This document shows positions 49,621 to 64,000 of a stretch of 64,000 nucleotides of DNA, one piece after another. The notes beneath the pieces are model-generated. The model searched no databases. It had not been told where the DNA came from and saw only the letters and a list, made by a program, of their open reading frames with translations. Made by a program: the position numbers and the translations under genes. Position 1 is the first letter of the stretch; the number at the start of each line of letters is the position of its first letter. This DNA comes from Octopus bimaculoides (taxonomy: Eukaryota), in NCBI RefSeq assembly GCF_001194135.2, contig NC_068989.1:10580111-10644110 (forward strand), given 5' to 3'.

Positions 49621-50469
49621 AACTTCATCTCAGTTCTCGTTGTCCACAGTTTTCTCCTGTTTTAGGTAACTCTCGTTTTTGATTCAATCCCTCATATATA
49701 ATCTCTTATGTTATGCAGAAGAGTTATTTCAGCATCAACTAGAATTCTTCGCGGTATTTGTTCTGATACGTAATTAGATAGTAGTTTGTTTACCATTTCT
49801 AGCAAGACGAGACATCCTATTTGCTTCCTAGTACATTCTGGACTATTAGCCGTGAATATCAAGATAAGAATAAAAAGCAAAAGAACTACGACCAACGAAA
49901 AAGCGACAAAGGGACCAAAAAGAACGTAAAGGTAAATAAAATAAAAATGTTATAAGTGAAAACTCAAACCATTGCGAAGCAATCTAAATTTTAAAATTAT
50001 TTTGTCAACGTTTTTTGTTATAGACATTTTTTATTGAATTATTCTCAAAAAAACCCATTCAAGTGGTGTAAATTCCGATTGTTCGTATATGTTTGCTTCT
50101 AAATAAGGTATGTTTTACATTCAATATTTTTCCTTTGTTGATAGTTAAATATTATGAAAGTGGGACAGCTTGAGGCTTTGTGTATGGATAGTTTAGTAGC
50201 TAAGTAAGAATTTTTGTTCAAACCCGCTTTCCAGCTCACGTCTTGAGGCAACCAATCAAATGCTCATTTGAACACGGAAGTTATTTAGCTCTTTGTTTGC
50301 CGATGCATAGCAGACGCTGCATGGTGAGAAGTAAGCGCCTGATAAATGAAGGTCAGGTAGCAGTTTCCATTTGCATATACCGGGGTGGACTGAATAATCC
50401 ACAGGATGACCATGAAGGTGTAATGCTAGTGCTGCGATATCTTGAATGCATTCATTTTAACCCTTTTTA

Positions 50470-51493
50470 TTAATAACTGGCGTTTGAGTGTTCAAAGGAG
50501 TCTTCAAAACTAACTAGTAGCGATCTCTCGTGAAAAATGGATAAAATTTGGTATCGTGTTGTTATCAAGTACTGCAAAAAAAAAAAAAAAAGTTTAACTC
50601 CTAACAACATACATGCTGACATGGTTGCTACATTAGGGGATGACGCTCCAGTTTTATCAATAGTGAAAAAGAGGGCAGCTGAATTTAGGAATAAAAGGGA
50701 GAGTCTTGAAGATAATCCAAGGTCTGGACGTCCTGCAACTGCCACCACCGTAGAAAACATTGGTCGTGTTCAGCACATGCTGATGGATGACAGGCGATTG
50801 ACTATAAATCAAATAACCGATGCAATTAGCATACTCCATGAGAGTTGAGAATATTCTATACAATGAAACTGGTACGACGAATGTTTCTGCTTGATGGGTG
50901 CCACGTCTTCTGACACCTGATCAAAAGCACATCAGGCTGATCCCATCACGGGAAAATTTGACATTGTTTGAAGCAGACCCAGCTGGTTTCTTAGAACATT
51001 TCCTAACCCAGGATGAGTCAGAGACAGACAATCGAATGCAAAAGGCATTTACCGGATATCTTCAAAAGAGCTACATCAACCTTTTGCGGTAGTTACGCAA
51101 AGCTGTCAAGATCAAGCACCCAGGAAAATTGACGAAAGGGGGTCTTGTTTCACCAGGACGATGCTCCACCACACAAGACCTTAGTTTCAATGGGTGCTGT
51201 ACGCGACTGTAGCTTTGAATTAGTTGATCACACCCCCTATTCTCCTGATTTGGTCCTATCTGACTTCCATCTGTTCCCCAACATAAAAAAAACTCACTTG
51301 ACTGGGAACCAATATCACAGTGATGATGACGTCATATCTGCTGTTGACTTTTTGACCAATGGGATCCAAGCATTGCAACACCGATGGTAGAAGTGTGTGG
51401 AGAGCAAAGGAGATGATGTTGAGAAATAAATCTCATTAGTTTACATACCATGAGAGTTTTGGTCAGCTTATGAACTGTTTAGTCGACTCTTAT
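50470..51493 (+). mobile_element. Decayed mariner (DD34D) transposase with 3' TIR
   Basis: ESLEDNPRSGRP, WVPRLLTPDQK, FLTQDE, HQDDAPPH, TPYSPDL..SDFHLFP. Frameshifts, stops and an internal deletion. Confidence 0.92.
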
Positions 51494-52475
51494 AAAGCCA
51501 ATGATAATTCCACTAGGAAAGGTAAAGAGGATTTATCATGCATCTGTTTAACGTAGATACAATCATCTATCTGTCTCTCCCAAATACATTCCTAGTAAGA
51601 AAGTTCTTGTGCATAATAAATCTTTTGTGTTTATTAGAGATGCAATTGCATTGTGGAAGAGTCATTTTAGCCATCTAAAACACACACACAAAAATCATTA
51701 ATGTTTCCATTATTAAATGAAATGTTGAAGTTTTCATCACACCATTACGACGCGGTCACTAACACAGTTTCGCGGTGACTGCTGTGGAACTGTGCTAGTC
51801 ACAGACGAGCAAGGAAAACTTTTGACAACTTATAAAAATAAACAAAAAGTGAATTTAACAATTATATGTAAAACGTTAAACCCTTTCTATAATAGGAACA
51901 AGGTCTGGGGAGATAAAAATAAACGAAAAGTGAATTTAACAATTATGTGTAAAACGTAAACCCCTTTCTATAATAGGAACAGGGCCTGGGGAAGTGGTGG
52001 TGGGACTAGTCGATTTCATCGACTCAAGTGCTCAACTGGTATTTATTTTACCGACTCCAAACATAAATACGGGTAAAAATTTGAACGCAGAATGTAAAAA
52101 CGGACAAAATACCGCTAAGCATTTTGTCTGACGTGCCAACAATTCTGTAAGTTCGCCACCTTAGCATGATAAGTAATATCCTTTCTAGTATAGGTATAAG
52201 TCCTGAAGTTTTGGAGAAGGAGGACAATTAATTACGTCGACTATCCCCCTCCCCCAATATAATAGAAAATGACTAAAACGGTTTTTCCACGATGTAATTA
52301 CTTTGGTTTTTACATTCGGTTTCAAATCTAGTGCTTTCTAGACAAACTGGCCTCTACAAAATCATTAGAGTGTCGATTGGAAATGTCTTAATGGTATCTT
52401 TCTGAGTTTAAATATTGTGGAGATTAACGTTGCTTTTCATTCTTCCAGGGGCCGATAAAATAAGAAGTGACCTTT

Positions 52476-52912
<437 letters not shown>

Positions 52913-55900
52913 CTAATGTAATTTAGTAAAATAGTTTTATTAAGCATATATATATTATGCGCGTGGGCTTGTTTGCATAAATGTACATAGTCTTTGGTCG
53001 TATGCAAACATTAACACGTACTGAATATAATGTATGATGAATTCAGTCCAACTTTAGATATTCTAAAATATAACTTTTAAGTATAACAACAACAATGGCA
53101 ACACAAACGGTATTAAGCTGGAAACTGTGTACAGATAGTTTCTTAGCCAAGCAGTGATCATTGTTCGTTCGATTTGACGTCAACTTACGTCATGATACGA
53201 TTAATCAGATATTTGAATGCTAAAACTATGATGCTCTTCATCTGTCAATTTTGACATCATGCATATCGGACGCTTTAAATGTCAATGCATGATATATACA
53301 AAGACCCGGAAGTTATTAGAATCTGTGTATAATCCATAGAAAATAAGGGATACACATTCCATATACTTTCCCCCATAGTAAGAAAGTTAAAATATATTAT
53401 TTGTCGTGTGTTTTATTATTTGTATAGGTTCGGAAGGCGGTGAGCTGGTAGAATCGTTAGCACGCTGGTAAATTCTTAAATGCATTTCGTCCGTTTTCAC
53501 GTTCTGAGTTCAAATTCCGCCGAAGTTCACTTTGTTACCTTTCGAGGTCGATAAAATAAGTACCTGTAGAGCACTGTGTGCTGAAACAAAAACAATTGTA
53601 GCGTGGAAGACGTTTGTAAGCCATTCAAAACCACACAAAAACAGTTTAATTTCATTTGTATCAAAATATTTTCGTCGCTTTGAAACCGCAACCTCTTCAC
53701 TGACAAAACTTCATAAAAGTGATGCAGCACAAAGTTTTATCAGTGAACAGGTCGCGGTTTCAAAGCGACGGTGGGTGTAAAAATTTAGATTACAATTTAT
53801 TTTGTTGTTTTTCTTCTACTAATGGACCACGCGTGTGTTACTTCAGCATCATCATTCTATGAAATGTATTTAATGGGAGGAAAAAACATCAAGATATGTG
53901 AGAATGAAAAGGGAGGGTGGTTTGGGTTGTGCTAGAAACAACAACGAAACTTCCCTTGAATTGTTCGCCATTTCTTCTGAAAATATTTACAATTTTTTTT
54001 TTTTTTACCGAAAAGGCTCCTCCCATGGTTTTTAAGTTAAGAAAGGAAAATAGCCAAAATCGGTCCGGATAGTTATTATTGTAAGGCTTGTAGCATTCCA
54101 AATAACCATAACAAAAATTATACGGGCATTAAAAAAAATTTCATTCAATAGATAATGTTTTTACATTACGTATACATTGATCGAATAAACTGTAGGTTTT
54201 GTAAATAGCGAGTTAAACTTGAAATGAAAACATTAAATGAGAAAGTAAGACTTTGCAAATGAAAATGGAATACTCCACAGTGAATGCAATGAATATTTAA
54301 ATTTGTGAAGAATTGGACGCCGTGAATGCAATGAATATTTATATATGCGAGAAATTAGAGTTTAAAAACAATAAACTTGAGAAACCGAAATTATAGGATA
54401 TTTCTTAGAACAATGAATTTATAAGAATATTTCCAGACAGTCAGCCCTTTAATAATTGCTTTCTTTTAGTAATTTTAGTAATTGTCGCATACCTAATTAA
54501 TAAGCAGCTTTATAGTATAGATATTAACGTTTCCTCAAATCATTTAAAATCTATCGTTAACAGTTTAGTCTCGGCTATATCGATAAATATTTCCAATCTT
54601 TCGGCTAGTGAGGAAATATTCAATGCGCACGTACCTATCTATAATCAAGCCTTAAAATTAAGCGGATTTAGCAACCAAATTTATTATATACTCGATACTA
54701 AACTTAAAACCAAAACTATCTAACAACTCTAATTCTAACTTTGAATCAACTAAAATGGACGCCTCACTGGAAAATATAAGTAAAATTAAGCCTTTAGGTA
54801 ATTATATTAAGATAGGCTCCAACAATAAACGCAAATCTTCTGGTTTCAGTCAATCACATTCTGACCAGGGAAACATTGGTCAACCCGAGGTTATGGTAGA
54901 GGTAGATACTAGTCCATGGTGTCAAAATTGTGGGGTTTATGAGCCGAACAACCTAACCACTTAGACATTTCTGTGTCTTAAAAGCACAGTTTCACATAGA
55001 CAAAGAAAGAATATAGCAAAAGAATTCTGTCCTAAAGCACACCTTCTTAAATTGAACGCATTACAGGGAAGTATTTCTATACGCCAGTAATAGTTGTGGT
55101 TTTGCATTAGCTTGGCTGTGATTGAGCATACCTAGGATAAAGTGTGTTCAAACGGCGACCTGTTACTTCCTTTTACAAATTTTAAGATTTTTTTAGGAGA
55201 GACAGTTGCAGCTGTCCTAGATTACTATTCTAATGACTGAAACAAGTTAAAGAAATAAGAGTTCAGACTGAACACAAATTTTGTTACTCATTCATTTAAA
55301 TACAAAAATATAATTTACTTCGGATACTCTCGGATTAGAAGGAATTTTGTGTTGTTAAACTAGCCACATGTGTGTGGTTGGAGAGAAAACAGCCAAATCA
55401 TGAAATAATATACAATGGAACATGACTTCAGGGTGTATGTTTCCTTGAAACTTCGAGAAAAGAGACATAACATATCGAAAGACCGTCGTATTAAGAATAA
55501 ATTCATCGTTTCGCATCAGGAAGTTCACTGAGCATATAACGATGAATTATCGATTGATAAATAACAATAAGTATCACTGAAATTATAAAAAAGACCATTG
55601 GTACTTGTTAGATCAATGCTCCCTCCCCGGGGGGTACTCACGTGCTCACTGACGAGTCACAACATGTTGAATTACTTGTTCTAATGAATCGAGCGCGTTA
55701 TGAATACGTAATCGTCGTAAAAGAGACGCTATTATGAAACGTAGACATCTGCGAATAGCATATTTATGTTCGAATCAGCCGGAGCGTATTAAATAGTAAA
55801 CATGCAAGATATCGTTGTAGGAAAGATACTCCTCGTTATAGCTTGTTGAGAGATATGAAACCCCTAAATTATTGAAATAAGATGCTAATATATTCATAAA

Positions 55901-56435
55901 GAAGTCACTTTAACTATAGAAAATTTTAAGACACAATACATCTCTTATAATCAAATGAACAAAACGTGTTTAATGCTGTCCCACACATAAATTATATTAT
56001 TTTCTTTATTCACAGGTTAAATAGGTTAAATGTATTCATCCAAACACACACACGTATTCGCAGCTCGTTGACTCTCCTTTTAACTGAAATTTGCTGGAAT
56101 CTAAACACTCCCTCTGCTGGCTTGCAAAGCTTTGTTTCCTATACAACTGCGTTTCTTCCCTCTATGGTCAAATAAAACTCTATTTCTTGCGTACCAGAAA
56201 TAGTGGGAAGATGAGTGGGGAAAAAAAATCTTAGGGATAAGCGCGCACGCACACGCACACCTAGTTAGAGAGCGCGGCAGACAAAGAGAACTAAAATAGA
56301 GTTCAAGCTGTTGCCGGCATGCAGGCCGTTGCATTTCCGGTTTTAAAACTACGGTATGAAAAATATATTTGGATTCTGGGCTATATATTCTCACAATCCA
56401 GAATACTCAGAATACTTTCTTAAACGCTAACACGC

Positions 56436-56525
<90 letters not shown>

Positions 56526-56922
56526 CAGCCTTCTGGTTAAATTTGAAAATTTTCATAAAAAGAAAAGGAAGCACAATATCCCATCCAAAAATGAAAAATA
56601 TCAAATAAAAAATATAAAGTAAATTATGGCTAGAAGTAGCTGCTGTCATCTTCCACCACAGCTTCAAAGACGGCTCCGGAACCCCTGCGCACACGTTCAT
56701 CACTGTGTTCCTGGAAAGATCTTCGAACACCTTGATCTTGACCATCAGTTCGACCTTGATGTTGCAGGTAGAGCGGTGAAAGTCCTTGTCGACTGCGCCA
56801 CACACACAGTAATCCGTGAGAAGCTTTGACTGAGGAAATACATAATAACGTTGAAATACCACGATTTCAAAGTTCTCTTACATCAACGAATCACAAGTAT
56901 TATTAACAACCATCGTCTAGAG

Positions 56923-57236
56923 CAGGAGTTTTCAAACTGTGGTCCACGGACCACAGGGGGTCCGCAAGGACAAGACAGGGGGTCCGTGGACAGCAAATAC
57001 TTTTTATGGGCAATTTGATTTTATAGATGTTTTTTTAATCGAAATCTTTTAATTGACAATAAACCTATTTGTTAAATACTGTTAAATAAATAAATGTAAA
57101 AATATATGTTATTTTAAGCAAATATCTATGTATAAATTTCATAAGCGTTTATAAGGGTTAGGGTTAGGGTTAGGGCCCCTAAGGTAAAGCCTGAAATATA
57201 AAGGGGTCCGCAAGTCAAAAAGTTTGAAAACCTCTG
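56923..57236. mobile_element. hAT (Charlie/Buster-type) MITE with internal (GGGTTA)3
   Basis: TIR CAGGAGTTTTCAAACT / AGTTTGAAAACCTCTG. Perfect TSD GTCTAGAG. Confidence 0.9.
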
Positions 57237-57399
57237 GTCTAGAGGAGATAGATGTTTTCTGATAATAAAAAACAATACCGATCATCATATTCACGTTCGA
57301 ATTTGCTAAAAGGTAGTAAGAATGAACAGATACGCTATTGTTTGAATTCTCGATATTCTGCATCTACCTCATCGCACGCGTACACACAAACACACACAC

Positions 57400-57432
<33 letters not shown>

Positions 57433-57464
57433 TATATGTATATAAATATGTATATATATAAGTA

Positions 57465-57512
<48 letters not shown>

Positions 57513-57895
57513 GTGGAGGCGCAATAGCCCAGTGGTTAGGGCAGCGGACTCGCAGTCGTAGGTTCGTGGTTTCGATTCCCGGACCGGGCATTGTGAGTGT
57601 TTATTGGGCGAAAACACTTAAAGCTCCACGAAGCTCCGGCAGGAGGTGGTGGCGAACCCTGGTGTACTCTTTCACCACAACTTTCTCTCACTCTTTCTTC
57701 CTGTTTCTGTTGTACCTGTATTTCAAAGGGCCAGCTTTGTCACACTGTGTCACGCTGAATATCCCTGAGAACTACGTTAAGAGTACACGTGTCTGTGGAG
57801 TGGCTCAGCCACTGGCACGTTAATTTCACGAGCGAGCTGTTCCGTTGATTGGATCAACTGGTACCCCCGTCATCGTAGCCGACGGAGTGCCGTGA
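57513..57895 (+). mobile_element. SINE family C inserted in a (TATC)n array
   Basis: About 85% identical by eye to 19762-20154. Confidence 0.9.
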
Positions 57896-57903
57896 TAGTA
57901 ATC

Positions 57904-57951
<48 letters not shown>

Positions 57952-57981
57952 AATCTATCTATCTATCTATCTATCTATCTG

Positions 57982-58203
57982 TACGTAGGGTTGCTGAAAA
58001 GTTCCTGGCTTTAAGGGTGTCGCGAAACGCCTGATTGGAAGCCCAACATTCCAAGTTCTTTTACAGGGCTTAAAAAAGTTGAACGACCGCTACAATAAGT
58101 GTGTGAATCTGAGGAAGGAATATGTTGAATAAAATCATAATTAACTGATCCTCCTGTATTTTCTTTTACCCAAAGACTGGAAATATTCAGCACCCACCTC
58201 GTA
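57982..58203 (+). mobile_element. Mariner-derived MITE (about 220 bp)
   Basis: TA flanks, TIR CG.AGGG.TGCTGAAAAGTTCCTGGCTTT. Retains the transposase end QGLKKLNDRYNKCVNLRKEYVE*. Confidence 0.85.
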
Positions 58204-59640
58204 TATAAGTATGTATGTGTATACATGGTTGGCCAGAAGTCACCTGACAGTAAATCAAAACCCATTTAATTCCAAAATTAAAAACAAAAAATTATTTTAT
58301 ATGAGACTTCGCTAATAAATAGACAATCTATCTATATATATATAGATTGAAAAAAGATTAGGGACCTATACAAATTAAATATTTATATATAAGAAATGGA
58401 GGTGGAAATAGCACAGAAGTAAGTCTACGATATTTCTATTTAAGAGGGAATTTAATTAAAAAAATGATTAAAAAAACATTATTATATAAAGAAAATATTA
58501 CCGGTTCAATGAATTTCATCTTATCAAATATCAGTAAAAATTTGAAGCAAAAACAGTTTATCTTCTGTCGGTGTGTGTGTGTGTGTTTTTTTTTTTNNNN
58601 NNNNNNNNNNNNNNNNNNNNNNNNNNNNNNNNNNNNNNNNNNNNNNNNNNNNNNNNNNNNNNNNNNNNNNNNNNNNNNNNNNNNNNNNNNNNNNNNNNNN
58701 NNNNNNNNNNNNNNNNNNNNNNNNNNNNNNNNNNNNNNNNNNNNNNNNNNNNNNNNNNNNNNNNNNNNNNNNNNNNNNNNNNNNNNNNNNNNNNNNNNNN
58801 NNNNNNNNNNNNNNNNNNNNNNNNNNNNNNNNNNNNNNNNNNNNNNNNNNNNNNNNNNNNNNNNNNNNNNNNNNNNNNNNNNNNNNNNNNNNNNNNNNNN
58901 NNNNNNNNNNNNNNNNNNNNNNNNNNNNNNNNNNNNNNNNNNNNNNNNNNNNNNNNNNNNNNNNNNNNNNNNNNNNNNNNNNNNNNNNNNNNNNNNNNNN
59001 NNNNNNNNNNNNNNNNNNNNNNNNNNNNNNNNNNNNNNNNNNNNNNNNNNNNNNNNNNNNNNNNNNNNNNNNNNNNNNNNNNNNNNNNNNNNNNNNNNNN
59101 NNNNNNNNNNNNNNNNNNNNNNNNNNNNNNNNNNNNNNNNNNNNNNNNNNNNNNNNNNNNNNNNNNNNNNNNNNNNNNNNNNNNNNNNNNNNNNNNNNNN
59201 NNNNNNNNNNNNNNNNNNNNNNNNNNNNNNNNNNNNNNNNNNNNNNNNNNNNNNNNNNNNNNNNNNNNNNNNNNNNNNNNNNNNNNNNNNNNNNNNNNNN
59301 NNNNNNNNNNNNNNNNNNNNNNNNNNNNNNNNNNNNNNNNNNNNNNNNNNNNNNNNNNNNNNNNNNNNNNNNNNNNNNNNNNNNNNNNNNNNNNNNNNNN
59401 NNNNNNNNNNNNNNNNNNNNNNNNNNNNNNNNNNNNNNNNNNNNNNNNNNNNNNNNNNNNNNNNNNNNNNNNNNNNNNNNNNNNNNNNNNNNNNNNNNNN
59501 NNNNNNNNNNNNNNNNNNNNNNNNNNNNNNNNNNNNNNNNNNNNNNNNNNNNNNNNNNNNNNNNNNNNNNNNNNNNNAACACCAAATATACAGTGCGTGT
59601 GTTTTTATTGGCTAAACTGGCAATATGACCATCCCCAAGT

Positions 59641-59672
<32 letters not shown>

Positions 59673-60670
59673 GAAAAATAAGCTGAAAGAATGCCTGCTA
59701 CAATTTGTTTGAGCAATGAAGAGGAACAAATATATATTAAATATCATGAAAGAAAAATTCGCGATATATTTAAATTATCTTCTAGGTAAGGTAAAACAAT
59801 TGCTTGGTGGCAATTAGGTGCGACTCAAAATGACAAGGGAAAAATAGTGTGAAATATCAATGATTTACCAAAATTGTTTGTCAGTTAATTAGGAAGTGAA
59901 GAGAGAAAGAATTCTCGAAAAAAATCGAGGAACGGAGAAAGCTCGAGAAAAAAGAAGGAAAAATGACATGAGGTGAAAGAAAGAAAAAGAAAACCAGCGG
60001 AAGAGAGTAAAAAGAAGGTGTGAGAGGGAAAATGGAAAAGAGCAGGTAAGAATAGTAAACGAGAGAAAGAGTGAGAAAGAAAGAGGTGGAAGTGTATGTG
60101 TATATGTACGTGTGCGTGTGTATGTGTATGTGTGAGTGTGAGACAGAGAGAGATATGGTAAGAGAGAGAGAGATATGGTGAGAGAGAATGAGGGCGAGTT
60201 AGTAGAAGAGAAAAGGTGAAGGTAAGAGTGAGCGAGCAGGAGAAAAAGAAGAAAGACAGGTGAGCAATGTATAGGAGGAAAGGAAAGTGAAGTGCGAGGG
60301 TTAGTGTGATGACTATGAGAAAATGTGCGATTGGCTAAACAAAAGTACTGAACAAAGAAAAACGAAAACTAACCAATGAGAAGTTACTTCAATGGAGATC
60401 AAGTGAAGCTTGCAGCATATCTTTGTGTCAGTCTTGCTCCAGGTGGAAGATCATACGTATGCAACAGGTAGGTAAGTCTGTTCTTACATATATAGGTCAG
60501 CTTAAGGCAAAACAACACCACACACACACACACACACACATACACATACACACACACATTCACATGTACTTTTTAACACTATGTATGTAACATTAACATA
60601 AATTACTAATTATTTGCAATCTTGATTATTATGAAGTATCAAATTAATTTCGTAATACCAAGAATACACA

Positions 60671-60708
<38 letters not shown>

Positions 60709-60750
60709 TATTTATGTATACATACATGTGTTTGTGCTTATTTGTACCTT

Positions 60751-60807
<57 letters not shown>

Positions 60808-60866
60808 ATGTCTGTCTATCTATCTATCTATCTATATGTCTGTCTATCTATCTATCTATATGTCTG

Positions 60867-60897
<31 letters not shown>

Positions 60898-60931
60898 GTA
60901 AATCTCGCTGATGCACACGTACGGACACGCG

Positions 60932-60978
<47 letters not shown>

Positions 60979-61470
60979 ATTGATGAGAAACTTTGACTGA
61001 AGTTTCAACTTTTAAGCCAGAGCACTCATCTAATTGAACCAGAATCGAAGATTACATCAAATTTTACAGGGAAACAATTTGATGCAACTTTTGTATCTGA
61101 TTCAGCTTGATAAGTGTTCTAGCACGAAACTATACGGGTTTCAGTAACTGGTTTACTTTCTTGACGACAAATAAGGCAAGATTAATACTTTATGTATTGA
61201 GGTTATATGGTTGGTTAAATAAATTTCTTTGATAGAACATATTACATACATATATATATATATCATCGTCGCCGTCGTCGTCGTCGTCGNNNNNNNNNNN
61301 NNNNNNNNNNNNNNNNNNNNNNNNNNNNNNNNNNNNNNNNNNNNNNNNNNNNNNNNNNNNNNNNNNNNNNNNNNNNNNNNNNNNNNNNNNNNNNNNNNNN
61401 NNNNNNNNNNNNNNNNNNNNNNNNNNNNNNNNNNNNNNNNNNNNNNNNNNNNNNNNNNNNNNNNNNNNNN

Positions 61471-61900
61471 TCGTGTGTCCGATAATTTATTCGGTTTCTT
61501 CTTGACCACTTCTTCCCCTCTGTCCGTGTTCATGCCTCTGATGACTAATGAGACCGATTCTTGCATGGAAGTGTCTGTTGGAAAGTTCATTAGGGATCCG
61601 TGGTAGAGGCTTTGGTTGTTGCAGCCTCCATTTTCTTTCTTGTCGTTTCTCTCCCTTTTTCCTCTGGCGTTCAGCTTCAAAATGATTTGTCACAGTCGAA
61701 ATGGAATGATGCTAGCCGGGCCTGTCTTGAGCTTCGATGTCCCAGGCTTTGGGATCGATTCCAGTAAGAGATAAATAACATTTAATGTATACAATGTAAA
61801 GGTACGAGCTACCGATAGTTTCATACATTGGAGATGCATTCTTGGTAGGTATTTATAACACGCCTTGTGTCTCCTGAAGATTGCTTGGAGATACAAGGAT
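61471..61900 (-). mobile_element. RTE-clade LINE 3' fragment
   Basis: WDIEAQDRP.*, FEAERQRKKGEKRQERK and RHFHARIGLISHQRHEH (decayed C2H2 tail). Confidence 0.75.
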
Positions 61901-63225
61901 CAGCTGAAGCAAAGCATAAAGCATATTCTTTTATTCTTTCATTCATTTACTTGCTTCAGTCGTTTAACTGCAGCCATGCTGGAACACCGCCAGAACTTAT
62001 TCTTTGTAAGCCTAATACTTATTCTATCAGTTTCTTTTGTCGAACAGCTAGATTACGGGGTTGGGGTGCTAGATTCGAACAAGAGTGGGGGTGCTAGATT
62101 CCCTTGTTCGAAAATATAAGGACACAGATCGTGTCGTATAGCCAGTTGGAGACGATGTCTCCTGGGGCTAAATTACAGCAACATTCGTCCTAAACCAGGA
62201 CTGCTAAGTTATGTTGGCAATCAATCTTTACTCCATCTTACATATATAAGGTGGCGAGCTGGCAGAATCGTTTAGCATGCTGGACAAAATACTTAGCGGC
62301 ATTTCGTCCGTCTTTAAGTTTTGAGTAAGAATTCTGCCGAGGTTGACTTGGCCTTTCATTCTGTCGAGGTCGATAAAATAAGTACCAATTGAACACTGGG
62401 TTCGATGTAATCGACTGACCATCTTCCTTGAAATTGCAGTGTCTGTGCCAAAATTTTAAACCATTATTACCTTACATACGTTAGTATTCACATTTATCTA
62501 TATATGTTGTAACTCTATCGTTATGTGGATGTAGCATTACCGGGTGGTTAAGAAGTTCTCATCGAAATCACAGACTATAGTCTGGAGCCCTCGGAGTGAA
62601 ATCGGTTAGATGGAAAGTGTGTGTGTGTGTGTGTGTGTGTGTGACGCTGATGATTGTATATATACTTTAAAGCAAACATGGGCCAAATACACTGTCGTAT
62701 CACGCTGACTTAATCTGAGAATTACGTTAAGAGTACACGTATAAGTGGAATGTTATCACTTTAAGCCCATTCAATGAGTAGGATGTACAGTTGATCACAC
62801 AACTGAATAAGCTTTGTTGACACTAAAGGAGACATACTTTTAATTATATTATTAAAAGTACAAGTTTGGTGTAGACCGTTTACCTTCTTCCACATTTCTA
62901 AAGAATATCTAACTCCAGTGAAATAAAGCTTGGCTGGTAATTAAAAGGTATTGGTTGTGGTTATACTGGGCTCCGCAATCTACAGTTTCATGACTTTGCT
63001 GATAGGTGAACATATCTATATGTCTCTGTTGGTCACTATTCATGAATATATGGGTGAAAATTATTTTAGTATCACAGATATTGTTTCTTTTATTGCCTCA
63101 GATCAACCTGTGATTGAGTGCACCTTAGTTTAAACGCACATAACCGTCCCGTTCTTTTTTTCTGTTGAGCACACTTAACCAGGGAACACATTATCCAACT
63201 CTCGTTTTTGTCTTTTCTAAGAAAG

Positions 63226-63448
63226 TACGAGGGGGGTACTGAAAAATTCCTAGCTTTAAGAGTATCGCGAAAGGCCTTGTTAGAAGCCCAACATTCCGAG
63301 TTCCTTTACAGGGCTTAGAAAACCCGAAGGACTGCTACAATAAGTGTGTCAATCTAAAAGGAGAACATGTTGAATAGAACCATAATTAACTGATCCTCCT
63401 GTATTTTCTTTTACCCAAAGCCAGGAACTTTTTCAGCACCCCCTCGTA
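63226..63448 (+). mobile_element. Mariner-derived MITE
   Basis: TA flanks. TACGAGGGGGGTACTGAAAAATTCC / GGAACTTTTTCAGCACCCCCTCGTA. Same family as 57982-58203. Confidence 0.88.
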
Positions 63449-63632
63449 AAGAGTATTTTTTTCTGCACCTATTACACATTTTAATTTTTTTCTTGATATA
63501 TACATACTCAGGTTGACACTCACGGAGATTACCAATTCTACTGTGATTTTCGGAGTTCTTATACCATTGAATTATACATCTCGGATTACACTGACTAAAA
63601 TTTTCCCTTTAATCTTTCTTTCTTTCTCTCTG

Positions 63633-63664
<32 letters not shown>

Positions 63665-64000
63665 TGTATGTATGTATGTATGTATGCATGTATGTATGTA
63701 TGTATTATGTATGCATGTAATTGTTCAATTTTATTTCAAGATCTCTTGCCAATACAGAAAGTGCCGGTTTCTAACCTAGATTCAAGACTCTTTCATTGGA
63801 ATTTCAACATCAGCAACAGGCTATTTTTGTTTGTATTTATGTATATGTGCAGATTTGTATGTTTGCTCTATGTATGTATTCTCATGCATATCTAGACATG
63901 AGCATATCTAGACATGAGCATATCTAGACACACTCATATATATTTAAGTGATAAGCTTCTGTAAAGTTTTACAGACTTTTACAGTTCCAGTGAAGGACTG

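Noticed and set aside
54755-54964. 69-aa ATG ORF as the first exon of a second gene
   Set aside because: No recognisable domain and no compatible downstream exon found. The 3' part runs into SINE-like sequence.
55649-55680. CTGACGA as a hammerhead core
   Set aside because: No closing stem II or GAAA follows. It may simply be part of a CpG-richer regulatory patch.

Overview
This is AT-rich, microsatellite-dense animal genomic DNA with about 12 N-gaps. The repeat landscape suggests a cephalopod, probably Octopus (inference, not checked by search). One multi-exon protein-coding gene could be rebuilt by hand on the minus strand. It has 13 exons (38445->2387), all introns GT-AG and phase-compatible, giving 2955 nt / 984 aa. 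The protein joins a short N-terminal helical module, a dynamin/mitofusin-like P-loop GTPase domain ([16 protein letters not shown]), a long helical region and a C-terminal DSTYK-like kinase with intact catalytic motifs. The rest of the window is mostly mobile DNA: four tRNA-headed SINE families, mariner remnants and MITEs, hAT and Merlin-like MITEs with exact TSDs, Helentron-type elements, LINE fragments (R4/Dong, HERO/NeSL-like, Tx1/L1, RTE), and a 3.3-kb internally deleted Helitron whose empty site survives in a neighbouring inverted duplication. The most unusual signal is a set of Penelope-type minimal hammerhead-ribozyme motifs, often in inverted pairs. One sits in a tRNA-headed SINE that has an inverted 5' partial copy and a 12-bp TSD.
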